DNA of 64,000 nt, taken from NCBI GenBank assembly GCA_000004695.1, contig CM000151.3, positions 1,024,001 to 1,088,000 on the forward strand, written 5' to 3'. Made by a program: the position numbers and the translations under genes. The notes under the pieces are model-generated. The model did not search any database, was not told the origin of the DNA, and worked only from the letters and a program-made list of their open reading frames with translations. This DNA is from Dictyostelium discoideum. Lineage: Eukaryota. Numbering within the stretch: position 1 is the first letter of the stretch; the number at the start of each line of letters is the position of its first letter. Positions 26,008-38,207 of the stretch are shown piece by piece.

Positions 26008-27024
26008 TTATTGAGAGAAATTTGTTAAAGTATCTCTAAAGAATTCAACAATATATAACATGAATGCAGCTGGTGGTATTGAACGTGCTAAATTTGGACC
26101 AATTCCTTTATAAAATCCTTTAATACCATTGGTTTTATAAATTCCTTTAACTGCTTCAGACATTGATTTATATGGACATGTTTCAGATTGAAGTGATGAT
26201 CTAATTAATAGATATGGATAAGTTAAAACGCCTGCAATTAATCTTGCTGTACCACCTGCAAATAAATAATTTCCAACTGATAATTCACCACCATTCATTT
26301 TTAAATTTGATTCTTTCATTTGATTTAAAATATATTCATAAGATACAAATTGAAATAAGCCTTCAGATACACCAATAAATGAAACACCAACACCTTTCCA
26401 AAAACCACCAACTCCTTCAGATCTTAGAATTGATTGGAATGCATGCTTCATACCTGAATATTTCTTTGAGGTTGCTAAACGAATTTTTAACACCCAAAAT
26501 GGATTAACAATTGCCGTTGTAATTACACCGGCCGTAATAGCAGATACTGAATGACCAACCCAAGCAGGACCTTGATATTGATTTCCATTGATATCGGTTG
26601 AATTCCACCAATGATTAGTTGCTCTATAGATTGAGAAATAAACACCCCAATTAACTGCATTACCTAATATAGTTGGACTTACGCCTTGATAAAATCCTTT
26701 AAATCCTTCATTTCTTAATATACTTTTTGCCATTGCTATTGGTCCATTTGGTGTTTGATGACTTATACTACTACTACTACTACTACCACTACCACTACCA
26801 CCATTCTTTTTTAAACCTAACATTGTTGCCGCTACTGCTGTTGAAGATGATTGTACTTGGAGTTTCGCTTCTACACATTCTAATGGATAAAATAAAATAC
26901 AAGATGATACACCCGCTAGTGTACCCGCTAATAATTCAATTCCTAAATTGAATTTTACATCTTTTCTAGTTTCTTCATCATGTATTAAATTTGGAGTCTC
27001 TACATATTCTTCACCATTTACCAT
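26008..27024 (-). CDS. Mitochondrial carrier family (SLC25) protein, folate/FAD/NAD+ carrier-like subfamily
   Basis: 338 aa. Three carrier repeats with P-x-[DE]-x-x-[KR] motifs ([29 protein letters not shown]). [10 protein letters not shown] matches the NP-x-WV-x-KTR signature of MFT/Flx1/Ndt1-type carriers. Ser/Gly-rich insertion in matrix loop 1. Confidence 0.8.
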
Positions 27025-27682
27025 ATTATATATTATATCTAAATAGTTTTATTTTTAAATAAATAAATAAAAAAATAAATAAAAATAAAATAAAATAAAT
27101 AAATAAAATAAATAAATAAAAAAAAAAAAAAAAAAATTTATAAAATTTATAAAATAATTAGTTATAATAAATAATTAAAAAAAATAAATAAAAATTAATT
27201 AGTATCCCAATTTTCTGAATATAGAAAAACGTTATTTTTTTTTCTTTCTTTTATTTTTTTCAATTATTCGTTATTTATTTTAATTTATTTTAATTTATTA
27301 TATTTTAATTGTTTTATTTTATTTGTTATTTTTTTTATTTATTATTTTTTAAATAAATTAAATTACTTTTATTTTTTTTTTTTTTTTTATGTTTATTTTT
27401 TTTTATACTTTTAAATCTTTTTTTTTTTTTTTTCTATTAATTTTTATTTTTATTTTTATTTTTTTTTATTACTATTTTTTATTTTTTATTTTTTTTCTGT
27501 TTTGTGAACTTACTTAAAAATAAAAAATATAGTAAAATACTAAATGAAATTCTTAGTAGTAACATTTTAATTTTTTTTTTTTTTTTATATAGTTTTGGTT
27601 GAAATTAATGGTTATGAGTTCTTTAGATATTTAAGGACCAATTGTAAATCATTTATGACAAATAAAAAAATATTCCAAATCA

Positions 27683-27726
<44 letters not shown>

Positions 27727-27869
27727 TATTTTTTTTAATATTATTTTTTTTTTTTTTTTTTTTTTTTAATTTCATTTTTTTTATTTTTTTATTTTTTTAT
27801 TTTTTTATTTTTTTAAAATTTTTTTTTTTTTTTAATTATTGTAATAATAAAAATTATTATAAAGATCTC

Positions 27870-27900
<31 letters not shown>

Positions 27901-27904
27901 CTTT

Positions 27905-27937
<33 letters not shown>

Positions 27938-28157
27938 ATTAAATGTAAATTAAAAAATATTATCTTTTTTCGAAGAATTTTAAAAAAAAATATAAAAAAA
28001 AATGATTTATATTTCTTTTTAAAATTCTGCGAAAAAAGATAATATTTCATTTTTTTCATTTTTTTATTTTTATAAAGATTTCCTTTTTTTTTTTTATTTT
28101 ATTTTTTTTTTTTTATTTATTAAAAAATTTATTAAAAAATAAAAAAAAAAAATTTTC

Positions 28158-28188
<31 letters not shown>

Positions 28189-28189
28189 A

Positions 28190-28420
28190 ATGAATTTAAT
28201 ACTTTTTCACCAAAACACAAATAAATTTCCTGATAATTCGGTCAACAAAGAAGAAAACAATTTTAATAATAATAATAATAAAAGTGAAAACATCAATAAT
28301 AATGATATAGAAAAAGATAAATATATGGATGAATCAGATTTAAATTATTTTGAGAATGAAAATGAAAAACTAAAAAAACAAACTCAACAAGATACTTTTT
28401 CATTGCCAACTCCCATTGAA

Positions 28421-28466
<46 letters not shown>

Positions 28467-29896
28467 GTAATAACAATAATAAAAACTTAACACCAACTAA
28501 AACAACAACGACAACAACTACAACTACAACAACAACAAACAATAATGAAAAACTTTGGAAACCAAAGAATAAAACACCATGGATTGGAGCAAAAATAACA
28601 ACAATAAATTCATTTGAATTTTATAATGGTTTAAAATTTGAAGGAATCGAGTATTATACAGATTTAACTGTAATGTTAAATAAATTCTCTGATAAAGATA
28701 CAAAGTAAGTTTAGATTCATACATACATACATACATACATACATACACATTTATATTTACATTTACTAATTTTTTATTATTTTTATTATTATTTTATTTT
28801 TTTTTATAATTAAAAAAATAAAAAAAAGAGTTTCTTCATCATCAATTTATAAGATATCATCATTTTTTGAGAATAGAATTAATGGAATATCTTATGTGGA
28901 ATTAATTAAAATTTATAGACCAGAAGAGACTCCAAATGGTAGAAAACCATTTCATAGTCAAAAAGAATTAATACCAAGTAAAGATACAGATATAATGAAA
29001 GTTGAAAATATTAAAAGATTAGTTCATTGTACCGTTCAACCAATCTCTGAATATAAAAAGAGATTACAATTCCCAATGAATGCATTTTGTTGTCAAGACC
29101 AATATATAGATGTTTTAATGAACCATAAAGCAAAATATAGATTATTATATGATACCATTGTATTGGAGAAAGGTAATAGTACAGGTTCTTTAAAAAATCA
29201 AGAAAGTGATAACTCTCAAAATAATAATAATAGTGATGACTGTGATGATGGTGAAGATGATGATGATGATGACCGTGATGATGGTGATGTCGATGATTAT
29301 CAAAATATAAATGATAATATAAATGAAAATATAAATCAAATTGTAAATATAAATATAAATAAAACTAAAAAAGAAAAAGAAAAAGAAAAAGAAAATGAAA
29401 ATGAAATTGAAAATGAATATAGTGGATTTAAAAAATTTAATAATAATACCAGTTTTGATAAATCAGTTGAAAGAAAAGAAAAGAAGCAGAAGAAAGATAC
29501 GACAATAATTGAAGATGATGATGATGATGAAGAACCAGTGGTTATAGCTACTTCACCCAAAAAAAGAAAAGAAGCTGAAAAAATCTATGAAAATGTATTT
29601 GATATACCAAGTAGTAGTAGTAGACATAGTCATAATAGTTACAGAAAAGAATATTCATCTTCATCATCTTCATTTTCATCTTCAACATTTAACAGTAAAA
29701 GTACACAATATAAACCAACATCAGAAGAACATAAGAAAACAATTGATAGATTAAATAAATTGGTTGAAAATAGTACTCAAGCAATTGAAATGGATCTTAA
29801 TAATCATAATTCAAATGGTGTAGGTGAAGCAATTAAAAAATTATTAGAAGAAAAAGAAAGAAAAAAATCAAGAAGATTACATAAAATTGAAATTAG

Positions 29897-29935
<39 letters not shown>

Positions 29936-29966
29936 CGAAAAAGGTGATGAAGAAGAACAAAAAGAA

Positions 29967-30031
<65 letters not shown>

Positions 30032-30640
30032 GAAAAAGAAAAGTAGTAGTAATAGTAATGGTAGCAAAAATAATAGTAACAATAATAGTAAAAATAATTC
30101 ATTTAATTTGGATTTTGATGAAGATGAAGATGAAGAAAAAGCTAAACCATTTAATATTTATAGTCAAGAAGAAAGTAATAGTCAAAAATATTTTAAAAGT
30201 AGTCAAGATTTTAATTCAATCATTGCAACTTTTGGTGATTCAAATGATGGTGATGTTAGTAGTTTCAATATTAATATAACTATTGGTAGTACTAATAACA
30301 ATAACAATAACAATAACAATAGCAATAATAATAATGGTAACGGATATCAAATTGATGGTGAGGAAAGTAGTGGTATAGGTTTAAATAATGATGATGAAGA
30401 TAGATATAATGAAACAATGGCAATACTTTTAGAGGATAAAAAAAATAGAGAAAATAAAATACTTGATAATAAAAATGGTGATGATTTTTATGAATATCAT
30501 TCATCTAAATTTATAAATTTAGATTCAAAAAGATATGATAATAATAATAATTTAAAGATAACAAACTTTTTTCAACCTGTGAAAACACCACCTAAAAAAC
30601 AACAACAAACACAACAACATCAAACACAACAACATCAAAC

Positions 30641-30692
<52 letters not shown>

Positions 30693-32618
30693 GGTTTAAT
30701 GTCAACAGATGATTCAGAAAGAATTAAAAAGAATAGACAATGGGAAGATTTTACAAAAAATAGTCCAAAGAAAAGAGTTTTACAATTTGAAAATGTTTCA
30801 CCAACACACCAACCATCAAAAACATTTGATCCTGAAGTTAGAGCTCATTTATTCTCTTTGGTTAAAAATAATAATAATAGAATTGACAATTATTTCGATA
30901 AAACATCAACCAAAATAACATCGCCAAATAAAATAAATAGTGATTTTGTTACAGATGTTGATTTAGATAATGATATTGATGTTCAACCACATAGAGCCAT
31001 TGTAAATATAGATAATGATTTAACTTTAATACCAAATAAAAATGAAAAATCACCAAATAAAAATCGTAGAAATAATAGTGATAGTAGTAGTGGTGGTAGT
31101 AGTGGTGATGAAAGAAAAAGAAAAGCAAAACTAAAGTTTGCTGATAAAAGTGGTGTTATAATATCAGATAATGAAGATAGTGATACCAATAACAAACCTA
31201 ACCATAAGCCATATAAAAGATTAAGACAAACAACATTAACATCAACTATTAAAAAAGTTAAACCAACAAAACCATCATCATCTTTACATATTGGTAAAAG
31301 TAATATTTTAAGTGATAGTGATGATGAAGAAATTGTAATGAAGAAACCAAGAAGAGTTTCAACACCAAGAAAGAAGAGAACTAGAGGTCAATTCTTTATG
31401 GATAGAGATAAAAGTGATGAGGAAAGAGGTGATGATACCTATCAAATTGATGATTTTGTAGTTGAGAATGGTTCAGATGTTGATGGTTCAAGTGAAGAAG
31501 AGGAATTAAAAAGAAAATCGAGAAGAAGAGATAGAAAAATAATAATAAATGATGAAAAGGATAATGAGGAGGGAGAAGAAGAAGAAGAAGAGGAAGAAGT
31601 TTCAATTCTTTATGAACCTAAAATTAAAGAAAGAGAAAAAATTAAAGAAGGACCAATTGATATTGATACAAATGAACCAATTTATTATACTCCACAATCT
31701 GGTTCAACTAAAAGATCATCAAGTATTTTAGATTATTTCAAAAGAGATGATAAAGATTATCATGATCATGATGATAATAAACCAACCACTACAACTACAA
31801 CAACATCATCATCATTATTATCACCATCATCATTTGATGAGGATGATTTTGAAAATAAGAAAAAAATGAAAGAATTTCAAAAACAACAACAAATGAAACA
31901 ACAACAAACTCATCAAGATCCAAATTTTATTAAAGAAAAAGTATTAAAAGAGTTTTCTAAAAAGTTTACCATTAAAGAATCATTTTCAATCTTTATTCAA
32001 TATGTAATTAGTTGTATTGTTGATGAAGAGTTTTCAAGAGCAGTGATTGAAGATAAGGATGAATATTTCTTGGATGCAATTAATAGAGTTAAAAGTTTTA
32101 TCGTTAGTAAAAAGGAAGCATTGGTATTGGGTAATATGTGGCATGATGAATATTTACATGATATCACACATAGACCATTTCTTCATTCTGCCGAAGTTTC
32201 AGAATATGATTATGAAGGTAGAAAATGTAAATCATGTAATAAAGCCAAACATAATGTTACCATCATTATCTATTTCTCTGGTAGATCCTATGATGTCGAT
32301 GATTTTTGGAGTGGTTATTTTGAAAATCCAAAACGTTTAAAAGGTACCACCAAAGATGAACCAAAATCAATCGAATATGAATTGGGTTCATTCTGTTTCA
32401 AACGTTCACAACTTTTTCATCAACTCCATCATTTTCCTTATAAATTCTTTAGAGATGTTAAACAAGATGTTAGAGATTTACAACAACTTCATTCGGATTG
32501 GACAAATCAAGATATTCTTTTTCATATGACCTCTCCAGATAATAGTTATGTTTCAAGCTATTTTAACTTTTTAGAAAATTTATTGGATTGTGTTGATAGT
32601 TTTTCAAAATTAAATTGA
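28190..32618 (+). CDS. Large (about 1400 aa) low-complexity, probably nuclear, protein with a conserved Cys/His-containing C-terminal domain, 2 exons
   Basis: Exon 1 28190..28704 (ends ...DKDTK with AA|GTAAGT). The intron carries a (CATA)n run. Acceptor ...aaaaaaaag| at about 28828. Exon 2 about 28829..32618 (VSSSSIYKISSFFENRINGISYVELIKIYRPEET...). Poly-D/E, poly-N, poly-Q, K/R-rich NLS-like runs. Ordered last about 230 aa (GNMWHDEYLHDITHRPF...CKSCNKAKH...). Confidence 0.6.
28716..28750. repeat. (CATA)n tetranucleotide microsatellite in the intron
   Basis: Seen directly. Confidence 0.85.
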
Positions 32619-32758
32619 CAATTTTTATCATCCATCTTAAAAAAAAAAAAATAATAAAATAAAAAATGAAATATAATTTACATATATGTTTTTTTTTTTT
32701 TTTTCTCTCTCAAACAACAAAATTAATTATCTTTTTATTTTATTTTATTTTTTTTTTT

Positions 32759-34327
32759 TTAAGATGATAAAATAAATTTAGTTAATAAAATTACAATTTG
32801 GTCAATTATATCAATTATATCAGTATTTTGAGCAGGACTATTATTTGCAATTATTGAAAAGAATATTGAATTTTGTTGATCATCAGAAAGACCATTTGGT
32901 AAAATGACACCAGTTAGAGAATTAACACCAGTCATTGAACCAGTTTTTGCATGGACTATACCACTGGCGGGTGTATTAATGAAACGTTTCGATAGGGTAC
33001 CTGATAATGATGCAACGGGTAAATATGAGATATAGTCATGTTGTGGATCACCAACATTTGTATAAACATTTTCAATAACTGTTATTAATGATTTTGGTGT
33101 AATGAAATTATTTCTACTTAAACCAGAACCATCCACTTGAGTATATAATGATGTTGGAATTGATAATGTTTGTTGAATATATTCTAAACCAGCTTGATAA
33201 GTTGGTGTTGATTCAGAAGCTGCTGAATTAAAAGTGCCCATTTGTCTGAGAAAAGTTTCAGCATATAAATTATTTGATGTTAATAATGTATAATTTAACA
33301 TTTCTGATAATTCGGGTGAAATCACTTCAAATGATTTATAATCCATACCAGTGTAATTACAACTACCAATAGCTGTTTGACTAATTTCAACGCCACCATC
33401 TTCCAACAATGCTGAGAATACTGTTAAAAAGTATTGCTCAGGATCTAAAATTGGTACTGTAATAATTTGAATTCCACCATTAATATCACAATTACCTGTA
33501 ATATAAATTGATTGACTTGACATTTTAAATGAATAGTTTAATGTTGATGTTGAACTATTACTTGTGGTGGTGGTGGTTGCTAATATTATAACTGGTAAAT
33601 ATTTATCTTCACCAGAATATTTAAATGATGCAGTTGGTTTACCACCAATGACATTGGAAGGTGTGATATAAATATCCATTGTGTTTTCATTGATAATTAA
33701 TGGTGTTGGAATTGAACCATAGGTTGAAGTTAAATCTTCCCATTCCCAAGCACTTGGAATATTACCATCAACTCCATTACCAATATTATAGAAGCTAGTA
33801 TCCAATAATAATTTATTAACTTTTTTCATTGTTGGATTTGATGAAAAGAATTTTGCTGCTTCAATTAAATTATCAATTGACATTGATGGATCACCCATAC
33901 CTTTGACACAAATGAAATCTAATTCACTATTACTACTACCACCACTAACACTATTAAATGGTTTATCTGTAAAAAATGGTGTAAAAACTTTGAAATCTTC
34001 ACCAAATGTATAGAAAATACTAATTGTTGTAAATAATTTTGTATTACTTGCTGGTGTAAATGCTTGTAATTCATTTAAACTGAAAATATTTGTAAATTCT
34101 CCATTACTTGGTGTATAAATATCTGCTACAACACCCCATTGTGTACCAAAGCATGAACTACTTTCACTTGATGAACAATTATTTAAAATATCATTTATTA
34201 AAATTTGAATATCTTGATTACCGTTACTTCCGCTATCACTATCTTTTAAAGAAATTTTATTTGACCTAATAATATTAAATAATATTGAAATAATTAATAA
34301 TAATGTTATAATTTTATAATTTTTCAT
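32759..34327 (-). CDS. Peptidase S13 family D-Ala-D-Ala carboxypeptidase/endopeptidase (PBP4/DacB-like), secreted
   Basis: 522-aa intronless ORF. Eukaryotic signal peptide (MKNYKIITLLLIISILFNIIRS). All three penicillin-binding active-site motifs in correct order and spacing: SxxK (PASNTKL), SxN (DGSGLSRNN, compare E. coli DacB DGSGLSRHN) and KTG (HAKTGSMTG). Confidence 0.8.
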   Translation of the reverse strand: MKNYKIITLLLIISILFNIIRSNKISLKDSDSGSNGNQDIQILINDILNNCSSSESSSCFGTQWGVVADIYTPSNGEFTNIFSLNELQAFTPASNTKLFTTISIFYTFGEDFKVFTPFFTDKPFNSVSGGSSNSELDFICVKGMGDPSMSIDNLIEAAKFFSSNPTMKKVNKLLLDTSFYNIGNGVDGNIPSAWEWEDLTSTYGSIPTPLIINENTMDIYITPSNVIGGKPTASFKYSGEDKYLPVIILATTTTTSNSSTSTLNYSFKMSSQSIYITGNCDINGGIQIITVPILDPEQYFLTVFSALLEDGGVEISQTAIGSCNYTGMDYKSFEVISPELSEMLNYTLLTSNNLYAETFLRQMGTFNSAASESTPTYQAGLEYIQQTLSIPTSLYTQVDGSGLSRNNFITPKSLITVIENVYTNVGDPQHDYISYLPVASLSGTLSKRFINTPASGIVHAKTGSMTGVNSLTGVILPNGLSDDQQNSIFFSIIANNSPAQNTDIIDIIDQIVILLTKFILSS

Positions 34328-34889
34328 TTTTTTATTCAGAATTGAAAAATAAAAAAAAAAAAATAAAATAAAATAAAAAAAAAAAATCGAAAATATCCCC
34401 AGGTAAAAAATTAAATAAAAAAATAAAATGATGGGATTTTAAAAAAATCCAATTATTTTCATGGGTTAAAATTTATTCTTACATTATTATTTTTTTAACA
34501 TTCCACTCCTTTTTATTTTGAAAAAAAAAAAATTAAAAACAAAAATTAACTTAAATAAAAAAAAAAATATATAAAAATTACAATTTTATTAAGGGTTTTT
34601 TTTAGAGCAATCAATTAACCATTTTTGTATAAAAAAAAAAAAAAAAAAAAATGGATAAAAAAATTTATTTAAAAATAACAAAAAAGGAATAAAAAATAAT
34701 AAAAAAAGATAAAACTAAAATTAAAAAATATATTAAATAAAGATTAAAATAAATTTTTAAAAAAAAAAAAAATAGACAGATTATTAATAGGTCGGATATG
34801 GATTTTTTATTTTTTATTTTTATTTTTATTTTTATACATATATAATAATTTTTTATAATTAATTATATATTTTTTTATTTATTTTTATT

Positions 34890-37065
34890 TTAATCTTTAT
34901 TTAATCTATTTTCTAATTGATCCATTTGATTTTTAATTTCATTTGGTAATCTATCACCAAATTGTTGACAAAATTGTCTCATACTTTTAAGATCATGTAA
35001 CCATTCAGATTTATTTAAACTAAATAATTCTTTGAGTGAAGATTTATTAATTTCCAAACCATTGAGATCAATTGAATTATTTGAAGGTACGAAACCGATT
35101 GGAGTTTGAGTTGCTTTACCATCGGTTGTATCGAGAGTAGAGTTACAACGATCAAAGATCCATTTTAAGACTCTAACATTTTCACCAAAACCTGGCCATA
35201 AGAATTTACCAGAGGTCTTGTTCTTTCTAAACCAATTGACATAAAAGATCTTTGGAAGTTTATCAGCATTTGAACCGGCTTTTTGTTCCATTGATAACCA
35301 ATGAGCAAAGTAATCACCCATATTATAACCACAGAATGGTAACATAGCGAATGGATCATGTCTAAGTGTACCAACGGTACCTTCGGCAGCGGCAGTTAAT
35401 TCTGATGCAGTGCTAGCACCCATGAAAACACCGTGTTTCCAATTTAATGCTTGATAAACCAATGGAACGGTGGATGAACGTCTACCACCGAAAATGACTG
35501 CAGAGATTGGTACACCGGTTGGATTATTCCATTCTGGATCAATGGATGGACATTGGGAGAGTGGTGCAGTGAAACGTGAATTTGGATGAGCGGCAAATGT
35601 ATTGTTACCTTCACCATTTGGATGCCATTCATTACCTAACCAATCGATTGCAGTTGGTGGTGGTGAACTTAATCCTTCCCACCATACATCATTATCTGGT
35701 GTTAAGGCAACGTTGGTGAATAGTGTATTCTTTGAGATTGCAGCCAAAGCATTTGGATTTGAAGAGGCAGAAGTACCTGGTGCAACACCAAAGAAACCAA
35801 ACTCTGGATTGATTGCATAGAGTTGACCATTTCTCATGGTCATCCAAGCGATATCGTCACCACAAACTTGAACTTTATAACCTGGGAGAACTGAATTTGC
35901 CATGGCGAGATTAGTTTTACCACATGCCGATGGGAATGCAGCTGCAATATATTTCTTTTCACCCTTGTCATTGGTCAATGAAAGAATGAGCATATGTTCA
36001 GCTAACCAACCACCCTCCTTTGCCATTGATGAAGCGATACGAAGTGAGAAACATTTCTTACCCAATAATGCATTACCACCATAACCACTACCAAATGATT
36101 GAATTGATCTCTCCTCTGGATAGTGTACAATGTATTTATTTGGATTACATGGCCAATGGGAATCTTTTTGACCTTTTGCCAATGGTGCACCAACACTATG
36201 TAAACAAGGTACGAAATCATCATTCTCTTTAATTTGATTTAAAACTTTATCACCCATACGTGTCATTATTTTCATATTACACACAACGAATGGAGAATCG
36301 GTAACTTGTACACCGATATGACTAATATCACTTCCCAATGGTCCCATTGAAAATGGCATAACATACATGGTTCTACCTTTCATTGAACCATTAAATAATG
36401 GTTTCAAAGTTTGTTTCATTTGATTTGGGTCCATCCAATTATTTGTTGGTCCTGCATCTTCTTTGGTCTTTGCACAAATGTATGTTCTACTTTCAACTCT
36501 TGCAACATCTGATGGATCTGATCTTGCTAAAAAACTATTTGGTCTTTTTGAATTTAATTTAATTAATGTACCGCTTTTAACCATATCATCTGTAAATCTA
36601 AATTAAATTTTTAATAAATAAATAAATAATTTAAGAATTATTGTTATTTTTTTTTTTTTTTTTGATTTTAAAATTTTTGACCAGTGAAATAATAAAATTA
36701 ATATAAAATTTTAATTTTTAAGATTTTTTTTTTTTTTTTGATTTTTTTTTTTTTTTTTCTTCATTATTTTATATATTAATAATAAAATTTTAAAATTATG
36801 ATGATACATACTTTTTAAATTCTTCTTCACTACCATCACAAATATAAATGTTATCTGGTTTACATAATTTGGCTTGTTCTTCTACCCAATTAATTAATTT
36901 TTGATTTTTTGTTTTTTTCTTTAATTGTTCAAGTGAAAAGAATCTACTACCAACCCATGCACCACTATTAAATCCATTATTATTTAAAAATGTTGATGAT
37001 TGAAATGATGATGAAGATGAAATTGAATTTATAAGTTTACCTTTTTGAATAAAATTTTTTAACAT
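34890..37065 (-). CDS. pckA: Phosphoenolpyruvate carboxykinase (GTP), 2 exons
   Basis: Exon 1 36812..37065 (MLKNF...[30 protein letters not shown] with AA|GTATGT). Intron 36598..36811. Exon 2 34890..36597 ([14 protein letters not shown]...). Hallmarks: kinase-1a P-loop [36 protein letters not shown]. Aligns along its length to my recollection of vertebrate PCK1. The pckA symbol is by analogy. Confidence 0.9.
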
Positions 37066-37224
37066 TTTTTTTTTTTTTTTTTTTAAATTTATTTATTTAT
37101 TTTATATTTTTTATATTTTTATATTTTTAATTTTATATTTTATAATAATATTATTATTAATATACTGTTACAAATAAATTTATTATTATTATTATTTTTT
37201 TATTTTATTTTATTTTATTTTATA

Positions 37225-37259
<35 letters not shown>

Positions 37260-37765
37260 ATTTGTTTAAATAATTTATATGTTTTTTTTAATAATCAAAT
37301 ATTTTAAAAAAAAGGATAGTTTAATTTTAATAATGATAATTTTTTTTTTTTTTTTTTTAAATTTCAATTTTTTAATTTTTTTAATTAAAATAAAAAAAAA
37401 AAATAAAAAATAAAAAAAAATAAAAAAAAAATATCAGACAATTTTCTGTCGAAATTTGATTATTTTAAATTAAAAAAAAAATTTATAAAAAAAAAAAAAA
37501 ATTAAACACTTAGATCACCCACATTACTTTAAAAGTAAATTAAATATCTGTTTATTTATGTTGTAAAAATTTCATTTTTTCTATTTTTAATATATTTTTT
37601 TAATTAGGAAATTTCATTTCTATTTATAAAGAAAGAAAAAAAAAAAAATAAAAATAAAAATAAATTGATATATTATTTATCACATTTTACCTCATTAGTT
37701 GAATTTATAAAATAAAACTATAATATATTAATTAATTTCAAAAAGTGTTTAAATAAAAAAAGAAT

Positions 37766-37804
<39 letters not shown>

Positions 37805-37859
37805 AATTGTTTTTTTATTTGATTAAAATTATCCAATTTTTTTTCTTTTAAAACAGAAT

Positions 37860-37898
<39 letters not shown>

Positions 37899-38207
37899 AA
37901 TTGTTTTTTTATTTGATTAATATTACCAATTTTCAAAAAACAAGTATAGGACTACAATTACTTTTGGCACATTCCACTAATAAAAACCCCAATATTAATA
38001 TTAATTTTTTTTTTTTATTTTTTTTATATTTATTTTTTTTTATTAAATTCAATTAACTATTTTATAATTTTTTAGAATGAAATAGAAATCCAATTGAATT
38101 TTGTAAAGAAATGAAACCAAGTTAAAAGTTTGAATAACAATTTTATAAATTAAACTTAATTAATATATTTAAAAAAAAAAAAAAAAAAAAAATTTTTTAA
38201 ATTAATT

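Noticed and set aside
29804-30504. Antisense and alternative-frame ORFs rich in L, F, S, Y, H or M/I (29804..30082, 29887..30279, 29893..30102, 30292..30504, 29336..29560)
   Set aside because: They lie inside the large + strand coding exon over (GAT)n/(AAT)n/(CAA)n codon repeats. They are low-complexity mirror translations.
35165-36232. Six short ORFs antisense or out of frame within the PEPCK exon
   Set aside because: They are nested in a strongly supported conserved CDS, with no motifs and no independent signals.
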